From an uncultured Gammaproteobacteria bacterium (GTDB lineage: Bacteria; Pseudomonadota; Gammaproteobacteria; GCA-001735895): 64,000 nucleotides of DNA. The stretch is from positions 45,497 to 109,496 of the forward strand of contig CAXMNA010000011.1 in NCBI GenBank assembly GCA_964194715.1, read 5' to 3'. How positions within the stretch are numbered: the first letter of the stretch is position 1; every line of letters begins with the position of its first letter. Both the position numbers and the translations under genes were made by a program. The notes under the pieces are model-generated. The model worked only from the letters and a program-made list of their open reading frames with translations. It was not told the origin of the DNA and made no database searches. Positions 47,535-56,624 of the stretch are shown in pieces.

Positions 47535-47550
47535 TGGCACAGCAACTGCA
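47535..47550 (+). promoter_or_regulatory. sigma54 (-24/-12) promoter of pilA
   Basis: TGGCAC-N5-CTGCA (consensus TGGCAC-N5-TTGCW), 80 nt upstream of the pilA ATG. The cognate PilS/PilR pair is encoded nearby. Confidence 0.65.
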
Positions 47551-47629
47551 TAGTTTACAACATGATTCGGCTGTTCCGTTTCAGTCTGGCTTCGGCCGAT
47601 AAACTATTTTTTTGAATGAGGAAGTTAAA

Positions 47630-48079
47630 ATGAAAAAAATACAATCTGGTTTTACGTTGATTGAATTAATGATCGTAGTTGCGATCATCGGTATTCTGGC
47701 CGCCGTCGCACTGCCGGCCTATCAGGATTACACGATCCGCGCCAAGGTTTCAGAAGGTGTTCTGGCCGCTAGCGCGATCAAAATTGGCGTTGCCGAATCA
47801 TTCGCTGACGGCGCCTTGGTTGGTATCAACGATTTTTGTACCGGTTTACCGAATAACACGACCGACAAAATTACCAATGCTTCGTGTGCCGCTGCTACAG
47901 GTATAATTTCGGTTACATTGGGTGGTATCACGCAGCTGCTCGCTGCCGAGAATACGCTGATGTTCAACCCGCTCATTGGCGGCGCCGCACTGGTTGCCAC
48001 CGCGCAAGGCAGTATCACATGGGACTGCAACACAGGTACCACCATCCTCCCACAATATCTGCCGGGCGAATGCAGATAA
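47630..48079 (+). CDS. pilA: type IVa major pilin
   Basis: [34 protein letters not shown] class III signal and prepilin cleavage site, a C-terminal disulfide loop C...C, and the RBS GAGGAAG. Confidence 0.93.
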   Translation: MKKIQSGFTLIELMIVVAIIGILAAVALPAYQDYTIRAKVSEGVLAASAIKIGVAESFADGALVGINDFCTGLPNNTTDKITNASCAAATGIISVTLGGITQLLAAENTLMFNPLIGGAALVATAQGSITWDCNTGTTILPQYLPGECR

Positions 48080-48118
48080 TACCGTCAAACCTCGTTTAGT
48101 TCGCTAAATGAACCAGGA

Positions 48119-48154
48119 GGGGGCGAGACCCGAAAGTCTCGCCCCCTTTTTTTT
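48119..48154 (+). terminator. Rho-independent terminator of pilA
   Basis: 11-bp perfect stem GGGGGCGAGAC/GTCTCGCCCCC, loop CCGAAA, then T8. Confidence 0.85.
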
Positions 48155-48312
48155 AACTTGAATCCGTGACGAGTTATGGTCAAGTCTGGTGTTTGAGCCA
48201 CTGAATCTAGCGACGAACAGGGTATTGGAAGTGGATGATTAACTGAAACGCCGGGATATGACAGCTTTTCACGGCAATTGTCAGATCCTGTCATCAGTTA
48301 CGTTCTAGACCC

Positions 48313-49641
48313 TCACCTGTTCAGTTTCAGTTTGTCGATGCGGTAACGCAGTTGACGCAAGGTTATTCCGAGTGCGCGTGCGGTGGCTGACTGGTTCCAG
48401 CGATTATCTTCAAGCGCGCTGATAATCTGCTCTTTCTCCAGGTTTTGGGTCATTTCACCGAGGCTGGCAGGTTTTTCGTCGTTAGCGCCGTTCAGCTCCG
48501 GCAGTTGCAGATCATCGGCCTCGATCGTTTCGTTTTCGCACAATGCCAGCGCGCGCTCCAGAATGTTCTCCAGCTCGCGCACGTTACCTGGAAAGGTGTA
48601 GTTTCCGAGGGCTGTTAACGCCTGCTCGCTGATCGAAACCCCGGCTGCGTTCTGATAGTTGTATTTTTCGATCAGGTAATCAGCCAGCTGCGGGATGTCC
48701 TTGGCGCGCTCGGACAGGTTCGGAACCGTAATTCCGATAACGTTGATCCGGTAGTAGAGGTCCTGTCGAAAAGTGCCTTCCGCCACCATGGATTCAAGAT
48801 CTTTGTGCGACGCGCTGATAATCCGCACGTCGACGGGTTCTTCCTGTTGTGCGCCGACTGCACGGATCGATTTCTCCTGGATAACGCGTAACAGTTTAAC
48901 CTGCATCGCCAGCGGCAAGTCCGCGATTTCATCGAGAAACAGGGTACCCCCATGGGCGGCCTTGAACAGCCCTTCATTATCGTTGGTGGCACCGGTGAAG
49001 CTGCCCTTGAGATGCCCGAAGAATTCGCTTTCCATCAGCTCCGACGGAATCGCGCCGCAGTTGACCGCGATGAAGGCGGCCTCTGCGCGTGAACCCTGCA
49101 GGTGAATCTGACGAGCCACCAGTTCCTTACCGGTACCCGATGCGCCGCAGATAAATACCGGCGCCTGGCTGCGTGCGAACTTTGCAATCGAACGTTTGAG
49201 CTCGAGCATCGATTCGGAATCGCCGATGATTTGATATTTCATGTCCAATGAATCGCTGGCGAGCTGCGATGAAGTCGGTAAGGTTAAAGCCTTGTCCACC
49301 AGGTTGCGCAGCGTTTCCAGTGATACCGGCTTGGAAACGAAGTCAAAGGCGCCACATTTCATCGCCTTGATTGCGAGGTCGATACTACCGTGTGCGGTGA
49401 TGACTGCAGTTGGCGTATTCGGGCAATGTTGCTGAATATGTTCGACCAGAGCGATGCCGTCCCCATCCGGCAGTTTCATGTCGGTTAAACAAAGATCGAA
49501 TGCCTCGTCATGCAGCATGCGCGTGGCGTTGCTGTAGTCTTCGGCGCTGCGGGTTTCCAGTCCCATACGCAGCAGGGTTATTTCCAGCAACTCCCGGATA
49601 TCAGGTTCATCGTCGACAATCAAAACGCGTTGCTTGGTCAT
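48313..49641 (-). CDS. pilR: sigma54-dependent response regulator PilR
   Basis: 442 aa with a REC domain (LCLTDMKLPDGDG), an AAA+ sigma54-activation domain (GASGTGKE, ESEFFGH, GSFTGA), and a C-terminal Fis-type HTH. Confidence 0.9.
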   Translation of the reverse strand: MTKQRVLIVDDEPDIRELLEITLLRMGLETRSAEDYSNATRMLHDEAFDLCLTDMKLPDGDGIALVEHIQQHCPNTPTAVITAHGSIDLAIKAMKCGAFDFVSKPVSLETLRNLVDKALTLPTSSQLASDSLDMKYQIIGDSESMLELKRSIAKFARSQAPVFICGASGTGKELVARQIHLQGSRAEAAFIAVNCGAIPSELMESEFFGHLKGSFTGATNDNEGLFKAAHGGTLFLDEIADLPLAMQVKLLRVIQEKSIRAVGAQQEEPVDVRIISASHKDLESMVAEGTFRQDLYYRINVIGITVPNLSERAKDIPQLADYLIEKYNYQNAAGVSISEQALTALGNYTFPGNVRELENILERALALCENETIEADDLQLPELNGANDEKPASLGEMTQNLEKEQIISALEDNRWNQSATARALGITLRQLRYRIDKLKLNR

Positions 49642-51263
49642 TTATCCGTCTGCCGGTCAAGGTCGGTTGCGAGCGCGGTCATCTGTAGAATAAAGCTGGT
49701 ACCGTTATGTTGATTAATTTTAGCTGATATAAACGCGTTGTTGAGCTCGCAGAGTTGCCCGACGATATATAACCCGAGCCCCGAGCCCTGGTGGCTGGTG
49801 GTGTAGAATGGCTCGAAAACCTGGTCCAGGATTTCACTGGCAATGCCTGGGCCCTGATCGGCAATTTCAATACATAAGGGGTAGGCCGGGGTAGCGAAAA
49901 CCCGGATCGTGATCGGTTTGTCCTTGTCGCCGTGCAGGCAGGCATTGGTACAAAGGTTGGTCAGGATCTGGGTGAGGTGCCCGGCATCGAATTGCATTCC
50001 GGGATTTTCCGTTGCTATCTCGAGCCTGAAGCTATCGGCTTTGGCCAGGCCGGATTGGCAGAATCGATCGATAAAACCCGGTAACCAGCTACCGAGGTCG
50101 ATATGCTCGGTTACCGCGGTACTGCCACGTGAAATCGTCTGTATATCTTCGATAATATGATTGATACGCAAGGTATGCTGGTTGATGATTTCCACCATGC
50201 GCTGATCCGTTTCACCAAATTCCTCATTTTCATTGAGTAGCTCTGCCGCGTAGGATATCGCCCCGAGCGGATTCCTGATTTCATGTGCGATACTCGCTGT
50301 CAGATGACCGAGCGATGCCAGTTTAGCCTGTTGCATACTATCGCGAATCGAGGATACGTCGTTTAGAAAAATCATGGTGTTGGGCTGGCCCTCGCTTTGC
50401 AGCTCGCGAAAACTGACCTGAATATTGTCGATTCCGGTCTCGGACGGTAGCGAAGTCGATTCCTCATCCGACGCGTTACGCCAGGATTCCAGCGCGGTCA
50501 GTAGTTTGGGGCAGTCCTGCTGCAGCGATATCGTTTTCTTGTTTGCAATGTAGAGCATCTCCAGCGCGGCCCGGTTGATATGCCTGATCTGATCATCACG
50601 ACCTAGTACGACAACCCCGGCCTGGAGGTTCTCGATGATCTCCTGGTTAAGGGCGGACAGTAAGGCAACATCGCGCTCGCGTTGCCTGATCAGTTGCTCG
50701 CTACTGCGCACCCGCATCATCAAATTGTGGGTAACGATTGCGGTTGCAATCAGGCTGGCGCCGAGAATACCGACCTGGGTTGAGGTGCCGCTATAGCCCG
50801 AGATATTGATTACCGAGTAAACGTGTTCTGCGAGTAGTCCCAGCGATGCCAGCGATGCGAACAGAATGGCGAGGGCCTGTTGGGTGAGCAGACCAGTTAT
50901 CGCGACCGAGATGATTAGCAACATGCCGAGGCCACTGGTAATTCCTCCACAGGCGTGCATCAGCAAAATAATGATGATCGTGTCGCTATAGATTTGCAGG
51001 GATACCTGGCTCTGGAAGCCACGTCGTTCGATCATGGCCGCAACAATCCATATCAGGGCGAGTACCAGGAAGGCAAAGCTGGCCCAGGAGTAGAGCGCCA
51101 GATTGACGATATCAACCAGCGGTGACGAACTGACAAAGCTCTGGACGAAGAATATTGACGCCAGGCCAAGGCGGTACACATTTAACAGGCGTACCGAGGT
51201 CCAGTTGGTCTCGCGTTTTTTGAATTCGCGGCCCAGCGAATTATTGTTGGTCAAGGTCTGCAT
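49638..51263 (-). CDS. pilS: sensor histidine kinase PilS
   Basis: 541 aa with a polytopic N-terminus, the H-box LGHLTASIAHEIRNPL, and an HATPase region (DQGPGI, GSGLGL). There is a 4-nt overlap with pilR. Confidence 0.88.
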   Translation of the reverse strand: MQTLTNNNSLGREFKKRETNWTSVRLLNVYRLGLASIFFVQSFVSSSPLVDIVNLALYSWASFAFLVLALIWIVAAMIERRGFQSQVSLQIYSDTIIIILLMHACGGITSGLGMLLIISVAITGLLTQQALAILFASLASLGLLAEHVYSVINISGYSGTSTQVGILGASLIATAIVTHNLMMRVRSSEQLIRQRERDVALLSALNQEIIENLQAGVVVLGRDDQIRHINRAALEMLYIANKKTISLQQDCPKLLTALESWRNASDEESTSLPSETGIDNIQVSFRELQSEGQPNTMIFLNDVSSIRDSMQQAKLASLGHLTASIAHEIRNPLGAISYAAELLNENEEFGETDQRMVEIINQHTLRINHIIEDIQTISRGSTAVTEHIDLGSWLPGFIDRFCQSGLAKADSFRLEIATENPGMQFDAGHLTQILTNLCTNACLHGDKDKPITIRVFATPAYPLCIEIADQGPGIASEILDQVFEPFYTTSHQGSGLGLYIVGQLCELNNAFISAKINQHNGTSFILQMTALATDLDRQTDK

Positions 51264-51468
51264 GTTCCTGGCAGCAATACGGTTCGTCTTGGACCGATAC
51301 GATCGATGATTCGGGCACGTGGACCCCGCAATATTTGCATTGACGCATGTTTTCCGGTTTTGTGGACTCGAGTTGTTCCGGTTCTGGATCGGCGCTGAAT
51401 ACGCGTTTCAGCAACCATAGTAGAGTCGCGACAATGACTAACAGGATAACCAGGCGAATTATGAACAT
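51241..51468 (-). CDS. small membrane-anchored zinc-ribbon protein (PP0621-like) upstream of pilS
   Basis: Likely start MFIIRLVILLVIVATLLWLL (one TM helix). The C-terminal CKYCGVHVPES...YCCQEH motif matches. It overlaps the pilS start by 23 nt. Confidence 0.6.
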   Translation of the reverse strand: MFIIRLVILLVIVATLLWLLKRVFSADPEPEQLESTKPENMRQCKYCGVHVPESSIVSVQDEPYCCQEHADLDQQ

Positions 51469-51680
51469 AGAGTCGAAATAGAGGTGTTTTACTGCAACAA
51501 TGATAGCTAAGTCTATGATTATTGCGCTAAAAGAACAAACCACGCACCATCGGCTGTGAATCAGGCCGGTTATCAGCAGAAATCGTACGCTCCCCGAAGT
51601 CCGTGAGGAGTTCTAATTCGATCATTTAGTGCCACTTCAATGCTCGATTCCATGACTGCGAAAAAAAGTTAAATAGTGAC

Positions 51681-51709
51681 TTGATGAACTGAAAAAACGC
51701 CCCTATACT
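51681..51709 (+). promoter_or_regulatory. candidate sigma70 promoter of dksA
   Basis: TTGATG (51681-51686), a 17-nt spacer, then TATACT (51704-51709). Confidence 0.4.
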
Positions 51710-51752
51710 GCCCGCCTTTTATTGTTAATGGTCATCACTGGAGCCAATTCAA

Positions 51753-52169
51753 ATGACAATAGCACTACCCGAAGGCTACAAGCCGACCCAAAAAGAAGAT
51801 TATATGTCTCCGCAGCATCTGGAGTACTTTCGCCAGAAATTGCTGACCTGGCGTGCGGAACTGTTACAGGAATCTGAAAACACCATTTCGCATTTAAAGG
51901 AAGAAAACTGGCAGGAACCCGACATCAATGATCGGGCCTCACTGGAAACCGATGCAGCGCTGGAACTTCGTACTCGTGATCGTTACCGTAAGCTGGTAAA
52001 CAAGATTGACAAGGCGCTTTCAAGGGTTGCCGAAGGCACTTACGGTTATTGTGATGACACCGGTGAAGAAATCGGGCTGTTTCGGCTTGAGGCGCGGCCC
52101 ATCGCGACACTGACGGTCGAGGCCCAGGAAAAGCATGAGCGCCTCGAGAAGCAGCGACGCGACGACTAG
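51753..52169 (+). CDS. dksA: RNA polymerase-binding transcription factor DksA (zinc-finger cysteines largely absent)
   Basis: 138 aa with a coiled-coil bearing the DxxDxA tip (DINDRASLETD). The C-terminal region GYCDDTGEEIGLFRLEARPIATLTVEAQ is colinear with E. coli [28 protein letters not shown]. Confidence 0.9.
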   Translation: MTIALPEGYKPTQKEDYMSPQHLEYFRQKLLTWRAELLQESENTISHLKEENWQEPDINDRASLETDAALELRTRDRYRKLVNKIDKALSRVAEGTYGYCDDTGEEIGLFRLEARPIATLTVEAQEKHERLEKQRRDD

Positions 52170-52194
52170 GCTTCAAGATAAGTAATTTTAAATA

Positions 52195-52226
52195 AAACGG
52201 CCTGTCAATCAGGCCGTTTTGTTTTC
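52195..52226 (+). terminator. Rho-independent terminator after dksA (overlaps the 3' end of the convergent gene)
   Basis: Stem AAACGGCCTG/CAGGCCGTTT, loop TCAAT, followed by TTGTTTT. Confidence 0.6.
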
Positions 52227-53135
52227 ATCGTCCTTATGCGGTACGCGTGCGGTAGGCACAACCCTGGCGGCTCCTTCGCAATGCTGGTGCTGGTCATCGA
52301 AGAAGATATGTGGGGAAAAGGATTCCAGGATCTTATGTTTGGGGACGCCCCCGAGAAAAAAGGTTTCGTCGATGCGAACATTCCAGGTGCGTAGGGTTCG
52401 AATGACCCTTTCATGAGCCGGACTGTTGCGGGCCGTTACCAGTGCCGTGCGAATCGGCGGGGATTTTTGTGTTGTGCTGTTGATCAAGTCGAATTGTAAA
52501 AACGACAGGGTTTTTAACAACTTGGCGAAAGGTCCCTCAGGCAACGGCTTTTCCGCATTCAATTTCTCATGCTCAATGAAAGCTTCAAGTCCCTGCTGCT
52601 GATAAATCATTTCCGATTCCTTGGAAAATAAAACCGCATCGCCGTCGAAAGCAATTCTGATTTGCTCGAGCGGGTTGGTGCGATTGCGGCCGGGACCGTC
52701 GTATATCAATCCCGCGGCGACATTAGACTCGACCGCCGCCTGAACGTCTTCTTCGGTGGCCGATAAGAATAAATCGACTTCAAACGCGTTAAGATATTTG
52801 GCCACGGGTTCGCCGCTCGTGAATGCGGCGCGTGTAATGTCGAGTTTGTAGCTATCGATAGAATTAGAGATGCGCAAGCTGGTGTCAGCCGAGTTACGCG
52901 AAATGATCACGACTTCTGTGCGCCGCACACCGGCCTCAATTTTATTGATGCCTAACATGGCCTCGATCAACGCAAATCCAGTGCCCGGTTTCAATATATC
53001 GTTTTCGTGTTCCAGTTGGTAACGACAGTATGCTTCCAGGCCTTCTTTTTCATAAATTTCGTTTTCACGATTGAGGTCAAACAGGGCGCGCGATGATACG
53101 CCGATAACGAGGTAGTTACTCAGATCATAGGGCAT
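52209..53135 (-). CDS. 5'-nucleotidase-like protein (cytosolic 5'-nucleotidase family; assignment tentative)
   Basis: 308 aa. The N-terminus LVIGVSSRALFDL...E...F and the C-terminus IRIAFDGDAVLF...FFDDQ resemble the bacterial 5'-nucleotidase family as I remember it. It is translationally coupled to argA (TAATG). Confidence 0.5.
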   Translation of the reverse strand: MPYDLSNYLVIGVSSRALFDLNRENEIYEKEGLEAYCRYQLEHENDILKPGTGFALIEAMLGINKIEAGVRRTEVVIISRNSADTSLRISNSIDSYKLDITRAAFTSGEPVAKYLNAFEVDLFLSATEEDVQAAVESNVAAGLIYDGPGRNRTNPLEQIRIAFDGDAVLFSKESEMIYQQQGLEAFIEHEKLNAEKPLPEGPFAKLLKTLSFLQFDLINSTTQKSPPIRTALVTARNSPAHERVIRTLRTWNVRIDETFFLGGVPKHKILESFSPHIFFDDQHQHCEGAARVVPTARVPHKDDENKTA

Positions 53136-54436
53136 TAGATTGACTTCAATAATATCTTGGATCCACGATCAGGATTATAGCTTGCGCGTTTAGCTTCGGG
53201 TAAGTTGAAGTCACTGGATTCGACAAAGCCATGTTCGATAAACCAGTGCGAGGTGCGGGTGGTCAGCGTATAGAGTCTCGAGATTCCGGATTTTGACGCC
53301 TGATCCTCGGCAATCTGCAGCAATTGATTGCCCAGACCGGAGCGCTGGTAATTTTCGTGCACCGCGAGGCAGGCGATTTCGGCGGCATCCTCTTTGTTGT
53401 GCGGAATGCAGGCGATACTGGCGATGATCATGCCATCCTTTTCAATTACCTGAAAATGCGAAATTTCAAGCTCGATTTGTTCGCGTGACCTGGCGACGAG
53501 GATACCACTTGTTTCTAACGGTTCAATCAGGCTTAGAATCCCACCGATATCATCTATGCTGGCGGCCCTGGCGCCTTCGTAAAATAAATTGGTTACCATG
53601 ATTCCGTAACCATCACGGGTGAACAATTCCAGCAATAAACCGCCGTCGACCTGAGGATCGATCAAATGCACCCGTTTGACCTGTGCCTGAATCGCTTGAA
53701 TTGCCTGCCCTAACAGGCTTCTCAATTCGTTAGGGGTTGCGGAATTTTCCAGCATCGACTCGCATTCGCTGGTGGAGAGAGTACTTGCCTGCGCTTCTCC
53801 ATCGGCAATGCCATGTTGAATAAAAATGAGTTTATCGGCTTTAAGCGCACGCGCTACCTCACCGGCGAGTTCCTCGGCGGGTAAATTGAAAACTTCACCG
53901 GTCCGCGAATAGCCGAGGTTCGATAGCAGGACTACGTGATTGAGCGCAAGCAGATCGTTGATCGCCTGGTGCTTGATATCACGCACCTTACCGGAGTGTT
54001 GCATATCAATTCCGTCGATTACCCCGATCGGCATGCCAGTAACGAAATTGCCACCCACTAGTGAAAGCTCTGAACCAGACATGGGCGTATTCGGCAAGCC
54101 CGTCGACAATTGTGATTCAAAATAGGTTTTAACTTCATGAATCGCCTGCATGACGAATGGCAGGGCTTGCGTATCGGTAATCCTGATGTTTTGGTGAAAC
54201 CTTGAATCAAGTTTGTTTTGGGCTAGATGGGAATCGATACTAGTGCGACTTCCGTGCAGGATGACCAGCTTGATGCCGAGGTGGTTGAGCAGGGCGATAT
54301 CGTGCACCAGGCCGATAAATCGGTCTGAATAAACCACTTCATCCGAAACCATGATGACAAAGGTTTTTTTGCGATGTGCCTTGATATAAGGGGCGGCGCC
54401 CCGAAACCACTGCACATAGTCTTGCGTATTGCTCAT
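53135..54436 (-). CDS. argA: amino-acid N-acetyltransferase (N-acetylglutamate synthase)
   Basis: 433 aa. The N-terminal amino-acid-kinase fold begins FRGAAPYIKAHRKKTFVIMV, and the C-terminal GNAT domain contains HENYQRSGLGNQLL. Confidence 0.9.
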   Translation of the reverse strand: MSNTQDYVQWFRGAAPYIKAHRKKTFVIMVSDEVVYSDRFIGLVHDIALLNHLGIKLVILHGSRTSIDSHLAQNKLDSRFHQNIRITDTQALPFVMQAIHEVKTYFESQLSTGLPNTPMSGSELSLVGGNFVTGMPIGVIDGIDMQHSGKVRDIKHQAINDLLALNHVVLLSNLGYSRTGEVFNLPAEELAGEVARALKADKLIFIQHGIADGEAQASTLSTSECESMLENSATPNELRSLLGQAIQAIQAQVKRVHLIDPQVDGGLLLELFTRDGYGIMVTNLFYEGARAASIDDIGGILSLIEPLETSGILVARSREQIELEISHFQVIEKDGMIIASIACIPHNKEDAAEIACLAVHENYQRSGLGNQLLQIAEDQASKSGISRLYTLTTRTSHWFIEHGFVESSDFNLPEAKRASYNPDRGSKILLKSI

Positions 54437-54620
54437 TTCCGTCGATATCCGTTAAACTCGAGTCGCACTATAGTACATTCGTAGTAGCTAACAAAGACCG
54501 CAAAGGGATTTCACGATCGACATCGAAAGCCAACCAGTTAACACGCATCATCTGCAACAGCAGGAACTTGTTGCCTTTTTATACAATCGTTTTCGCCTGG
54601 GTATATTCATTACCCTTTTT

Positions 54621-55712
54621 GTGTCTGCCCTGGCATCGGCCCTGGCCTATGTTGAACTCGCAATCCAGGGACGGGAACACTGGGTAGTTGGCTGGTTTGG
54701 ACTGTTGTGTCTAATCATGCTGGTTCGTTGGTGGTTACTGCAAAGTTTTCTGAGTATTCGCAACCAGGCATACTTTCCCTACCAGCAATGGCATGATCGG
54801 TTTTTGATCGGTGTTATAGCAGCAGGGCTGATGCTTGGCTGTGGTGCCGCTATGTTAATGCCCTACATCACCACCAATGTGCAGATAATTCTGCATGCGA
54901 TGTTGCTGACGATGGGTGCTGGGGCCATTGCTTATCTGTCAACCTCGCTGCGCGCTTATATCGCCTACATGGTGACTATCATGCTACCGGTGACCATCTG
55001 GTTATTTCTACAGATGAATTCCGGCGCCTTTGTTCTCAGCTCGCTGTATATATTTTTCATGATTGCTGGATACGTCAGCGTTAAGCGGATGAACGAGCTG
55101 GTCAATGATGCGCTTTATTACCGTTATGACAACGAAACCCTGATCGAAGATTTGCAGCGCCTGCTCGAATCAGTTTCAAAAACCAACAAGGCGCTGGAGA
55201 AAATATCGACCAGTGACGAGCTCACCGGCGTTTCAAATTATCGTGCCTTTCGAGTCCACCTGGAAGATATCTGGCGTCAGTACCAGGGTAACAATCTGCA
55301 GGTCTCGTTGATCAAACTCAACATTGATAATTACCATGAGTTCAACGAGCACTATGGTCAGGAAGCCGGGGATTTGTATCTGCGGAAAATTGCGGGAATG
55401 CTAAGCGATCAGATTTCACACCAGAGCCAGATGGTGGCGCGATTGCACGGCGCGGAATTTGCAATTTTACTTCCAGGTGTGAGTTGTGAAAGTGCGCGTC
55501 AGATCGCGCTCGACATCATGCAAGTCCTGGCGCAAAGAAAAATTGAACATGTTAAGTCGCGTATGCAAAAGTTTTTAACGATGAGCGTGGGGCTTGGCAG
55601 TCAGGCAGTTACAACTGGTTCTTCCTCGCGGGAATTACTGGTTAGAGCAGACACCGCGTTTAAGCTGGCCAAGGAACGCGGTCACGACCGGCTCGAGGTT
55701 CTGGAAGGTTAA
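54621..55712 (+). CDS. membrane protein with a degenerate GGDEF domain (HGAEF in place of GGDEF)
   Basis: 363 aa with ~6 TM helices, then a GGDEF fold ([43 protein letters not shown]). The frame is open and TM-like for 43 codons upstream of the GTG with no ATG/GTG/TTG, so the start is uncertain. Confidence 0.8.
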   Translation: MSALASALAYVELAIQGREHWVVGWFGLLCLIMLVRWWLLQSFLSIRNQAYFPYQQWHDRFLIGVIAAGLMLGCGAAMLMPYITTNVQIILHAMLLTMGAGAIAYLSTSLRAYIAYMVTIMLPVTIWLFLQMNSGAFVLSSLYIFFMIAGYVSVKRMNELVNDALYYRYDNETLIEDLQRLLESVSKTNKALEKISTSDELTGVSNYRAFRVHLEDIWRQYQGNNLQVSLIKLNIDNYHEFNEHYGQEAGDLYLRKIAGMLSDQISHQSQMVARLHGAEFAILLPGVSCESARQIALDIMQVLAQRKIEHVKSRMQKFLTMSVGLGSQAVTTGSSSRELLVRADTAFKLAKERGHDRLEVLEG

Positions 55713-56620
55713 ATTCCGGGTTTGAGCAGGAATTCGAGTACGGCTTTTTGAGCATGCAGGCGATTTTCCGCTTCTTGCCAGATTACAGATTGCGAGCTAC
55801 CCAGAACCTCAGCAGTGACTTCCTCACCGCGGTGGGCTGGCAGGCAGTGCATAAAAAGTGCATCTCCATCAGCTTGCGCCATGACTGACTGGTTTACCTG
55901 ATATGCGGCAAAGGTTGCAGCGCGTTGTTGTTGCTCTTCTTCCTGGCCCATGCTCGTCCAGACATCGGTCGCAATCAAATCCGCACCGCTGGCAGCCGCT
56001 TCGGCGCTGTCATGCAGCGTTACCGATTCACCTCCACTTTGCACTAAATCGGCATCCGGTTCATGGGCAGCGGGGCAGGCTATCCTGAGCTTGAAGCCAA
56101 ACCTTATCGCCGCGTTGATATAGGAGTGGCACATATTGTTACCGTCTCCGATCCAGGCAACGCTGGCCCCGGCAATATCGCCACGCTGTTCAAACCAGGT
56201 CTGCATGTCCGCCAACAATTGGCAGGGATGCAGCAAATCACTGAGGCCATTGATTACGGGCACGCTCGAATTTTGTGCCAGCATTTCGACCCGATCGTGA
56301 CCAAAGGTGCGAATCAGAATACCATCGACCATGCTCGATATAACGCGAGCACTGTCTTCGATCGGTTCACCACGGCCCAGGTGACTGTCTCGTGGCGACA
56401 TGAATATTGCGTGACCGCCTAGCTGGTACATTCCAGACTCAAACGAAACCCGGGTTCGGGTAGACGATTTCTCAAAAATCATCGCCAGCAGTTTCCCATT
56501 GAGGGGCGTATGCTGGACATTTTGTTTCAGTTTTTGTTTGACATCGATCGCATGCGCGATCATTGCCCGAAGTTCGTCGCTGGTAAAATCCAGCAGGCTT
56601 AGAAAATGGCGAGTTGGCAT
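55709..56620 (-). CDS. argF: ornithine carbamoyltransferase
   Basis: 303 aa with [18 protein letters not shown] and [10 protein letters not shown]. Confidence 0.94.
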   Translation of the reverse strand: MPTRHFLSLLDFTSDELRAMIAHAIDVKQKLKQNVQHTPLNGKLLAMIFEKSSTRTRVSFESGMYQLGGHAIFMSPRDSHLGRGEPIEDSARVISSMVDGILIRTFGHDRVEMLAQNSSVPVINGLSDLLHPCQLLADMQTWFEQRGDIAGASVAWIGDGNNMCHSYINAAIRFGFKLRIACPAAHEPDADLVQSGGESVTLHDSAEAAASGADLIATDVWTSMGQEEEQQQRAATFAAYQVNQSVMAQADGDALFMHCLPAHRGEEVTAEVLGSSQSVIWQEAENRLHAQKAVLEFLLKPGI

Positions 56621-56624
56621 GTGT

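Noticed and set aside
48085-48294. 69-aa minus-strand ORF between pilA and pilR.
   Set aside because: It overlaps the pilA terminator hairpin and has no RBS or motif. It is likely non-coding.
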